DNA of 47,029 nt from an uncultured Myxococcales bacterium (GTDB taxonomy: Bacteria > Desulfobacterota > Binatia > UBA1149 > CAITLU01), in contig CAYYVZ010000001.1 in NCBI GenBank assembly GCA_964475235.1, forward strand, positions 1-47,029, written 5' to 3'. Shown in pieces: positions 45,495 to 47,029 of the stretch (positions are counted from its first letter, which is position 1; the number at the start of each line of letters is the position of its first letter). The position numbers and the translations under genes were made by a program. The notes beneath the pieces are model-generated. The model worked only from the letters and a program-made list of their open reading frames with translations. It had not been told where the DNA came from and did no database searches.

Positions 45495-46721
45495 ATGAGC
45501 ATTTCGAAGAGGCTTTCCGGGTTGTCGGTCGGGTTCGTTGCGCTGGCGGTCCTTGCCTCCGAGCCGGCGTACGCCGGCACCGTCAACGTATCCGCCAACG
45601 GTGCCGACAGCGGCACCTGCGGCTCGTCCGGCGATCCCTGCGCAACCATCGCGCAAGCCGTCACGAACGCTGCCGCCGGCGACACGATCGCGATCGCGCC
45701 CGGCGCGTACGCGGGAACGACCGTCGCCAAATCCGTGTCTATCGTGTCGAGCGCCGGCACGGGCACGGCCGTGATCACGAGCACTCTCGACCTCACCGCG
45801 AGCGGCATCGAAGCCGGCAAGAAGGGAAAAGGGCTGAGTTTCAGCGTCCCTGGTACTGCCGTCACGATCTCGGCGGATGAGGTCCTCGTGCGCGGCAACC
45901 GCTTCTCGGACGGCGCGACCGGCGTCGAGGTCAATGTCTCGAACGGGGCCGTCATTCGCGAAAACAGCTTCGACAACCTGACCACCGGCATCTCGGTGGT
46001 CAGCGGGGTGGGAACCCTGGTGCGCGGAAACGAGTTCGGATACTCGGGCACGACGGCGGTGTCTCTCGGCGCTACGAGCGTGGCCGCCGTCGTTCGCGAG
46101 AATCGAACGCACGGACCGTCCGGCGCCGGATTCGAGATCTCCGGACAGGATCACGTCTTCCTCCGCAACCAGGTGCACGGAAGCCCCGCCGGTGGATTCG
46201 TCTCGGTCGGTACTCCCACCGGAGTGACGCTGACGGAGAACATCGTCGTCAGCTCGGGGAGCCCCGCATTCTTCATTACTACGGGTAGCGGCTGGGTGCT
46301 GACGCGGAACGCGGCCGTCAACAACGGCTCTCCGGGGATCTATCTGACGAACGCAATGCCGAACGTCCTGACCGACAATCTCGCCATCGGATCCGGCTCG
46401 TACGGGATCCTCATCGCGGGCGGCAACGACCACGTGCTCACCGGCAACTCGGCGATCAACAACAGCGGCCAGGGCTTGCTGCTGGGATCGGTAGGGACGG
46501 GTGTGGTCGTCACCGGCGGGAACCTCTACGGAAACGGCTCCGGCAATTGCGGGCTCGAGAACTCGTCCGCGAGCGCCGTGACCACGAGCGACGTCTATTG
46601 GGGAGCCCCGGCGGGACCCGGGGCGGATCCGGCCGACGAGGTCTGCGGCAACATCGCCGGCGTCGTCATCGGATCGCCGGCGGATTCGCCGGCGAAGATG
46701 AAGGGGCCGGGAATCAAGTAG
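45495..46721 (+). CDS. Secreted right-handed parallel beta-helix repeat protein (NosD/pectate-lyase-fold-like)
   Basis: ATG at 45495 preceded by AGGAGAGG. Signal peptide 'MSISKRLSGLSVGFVALAVLASEPAYA'. 'GDPCATIAQAV..AAAGDTIAIAPGAY', then about 22-residue coils '...(L/V)-x-x-N-x-(I/A/F)-x-x-(S/N)...G(I/F)'. Confidence 0.7.
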   Translation: MSISKRLSGLSVGFVALAVLASEPAYAGTVNVSANGADSGTCGSSGDPCATIAQAVTNAAAGDTIAIAPGAYAGTTVAKSVSIVSSAGTGTAVITSTLDLTASGIEAGKKGKGLSFSVPGTAVTISADEVLVRGNRFSDGATGVEVNVSNGAVIRENSFDNLTTGISVVSGVGTLVRGNEFGYSGTTAVSLGATSVAAVVRENRTHGPSGAGFEISGQDHVFLRNQVHGSPAGGFVSVGTPTGVTLTENIVVSSGSPAFFITTGSGWVLTRNAAVNNGSPGIYLTNAMPNVLTDNLAIGSGSYGILIAGGNDHVLTGNSAINNSGQGLLLGSVGTGVVVTGGNLYGNGSGNCGLENSSASAVTTSDVYWGAPAGPGADPADEVCGNIAGVVIGSPADSPAKMKGPGIK

Positions 46722-46735
46722 CGAGGTCCGCGGTT

Positions 46736-46768
46736 CCTCGCGGCCGGCTCTACGGGCCGACCGCGAGG
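46736..46768. terminator. Hairpin between convergent genes (8-bp perfect stem, extendable)
   Basis: CCTCGCGG (46736-46743) pairs with CCGCGAGG (46761-46768). An inner CGG/CCG extension follows one mismatch. Confidence 0.35.
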
Positions 46769-46793
46769 GGCTCCTCCGGAATCGTTCGCGCGC

Positions 46794-47029
46794 TCAGCGC
46801 CGCCGCCCGCCGGTGCCGAGGCAGCGCGACATCGCGCGTTCCATGCGCAGGCTCGCATCGTCGAGCTCGGCCTGACTGATCACCAGCGGCGGAGCGAGGC
46901 GCACGACGCGATCGTCGTGAAGCGTCCAGCCAAGCAGCAGGCCCTCGCTGCGGCATGCCGCCGTGAACTCCGAGGCGAGCGTCGCCGTCTCCATCTCGAG
47001 ACCGAGGAGCATCCCCGCGTGCCTCACCT
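46794..47029 (-). CDS. Class-III (acetylornithine/GABA-type) aminotransferase, C-terminal fragment; the gene continues past the window end
   Basis: '(V)RHAGMLLGLEME...A..F...C...GLLL.......VVRLAPPLVISQAELD' is the conserved C-terminal pattern of ArgD/GabT-like enzymes. The frame is open to nt 47029. Confidence 0.6.
   Translation of the reverse strand, partial: VRHAGMLLGLEMETATLASEFTAACRSEGLLLGWTLHDDRVVRLAPPLVISQAELDDASLRMERAMSRCLGTGGRRR

Overview
This is a very GC-rich chromosomal segment from a Gram-negative bacterium; third codon positions are almost all G/C. The repeat families present (HAF repeats, delta-60 repeats, Myxococcus-type Cys-rich repeats) and a sigma-54 activator suggest a Myxococcota or 'deltaproteobacteria'-like lineage, which is inference only. 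I call about 40 protein genes. I saw no rRNA, tRNA, CRISPR array, IS element or integrase. All family calls come from motifs read in the translations, because no database search was possible.

Layout:
- 1-2535: two secreted repeat proteins, a PD40-like propeller with a dockerin-like tail and a HAF-repeat protein.
- 2669-7050 (-): a MacAB-like efflux operon (HlyD adaptor, ATPase, two FtsX permeases).
- 7245-16622 (+): a housekeeping block, pgpA, cinA, recA, recX, alaS, phoH/ybeZ, ybeY, lnt.
- 16693-23970: a glycan-tailoring cluster (GT2, DxD protein, TylM1-like N-methyltransferase, FemAB/GNAT-like, second methyltransferase, DegT aminotransferase, sulfotransferase).
- 24033-25176: prfB with its programmed +1 frameshift.
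- 25247-28690: a membrane acyltransferase and an NHL-repeat protein.
- 28787-41755 (-): one long same-strand cell-envelope block. In transcription order it holds a delta-60/Cys-rich/dockerin protein, a small secreted protein, an ABC exporter, a 10-Cys orphan, GT4, GT4, an LPS-kinase-like protein, a GT-B glycosyltransferase, an outer-membrane barrel, GT4, and a lipoprotein with a duplicated domain.
- 42005-45221 (-): a histidine kinase and a sigma-54 (NtrC-type) activator.
- 45495-46721: a beta-helix secreted protein.
- 46794-47029 (-): the 3' end of a class-III aminotransferase gene.

The most interesting items are:
1. A near-consensus sigma-54 promoter in front of the 28.8-41.8 kb envelope block, next to its likely activator.
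2. An eight-gene glycoconjugate operon in which six consecutive gene junctions share 4-nt start/stop overlaps, and which includes an orphan Cys-rich protein and an outer-membrane barrel.
3. Cys-bracketed dockerin-like modules on two unrelated secreted proteins, with a possible cohesin-like lipoprotein partner nearby.
4. An amino-sugar dimethylation, acylation and sulfation cluster.
5. A dispersed palindromic intergenic repeat.
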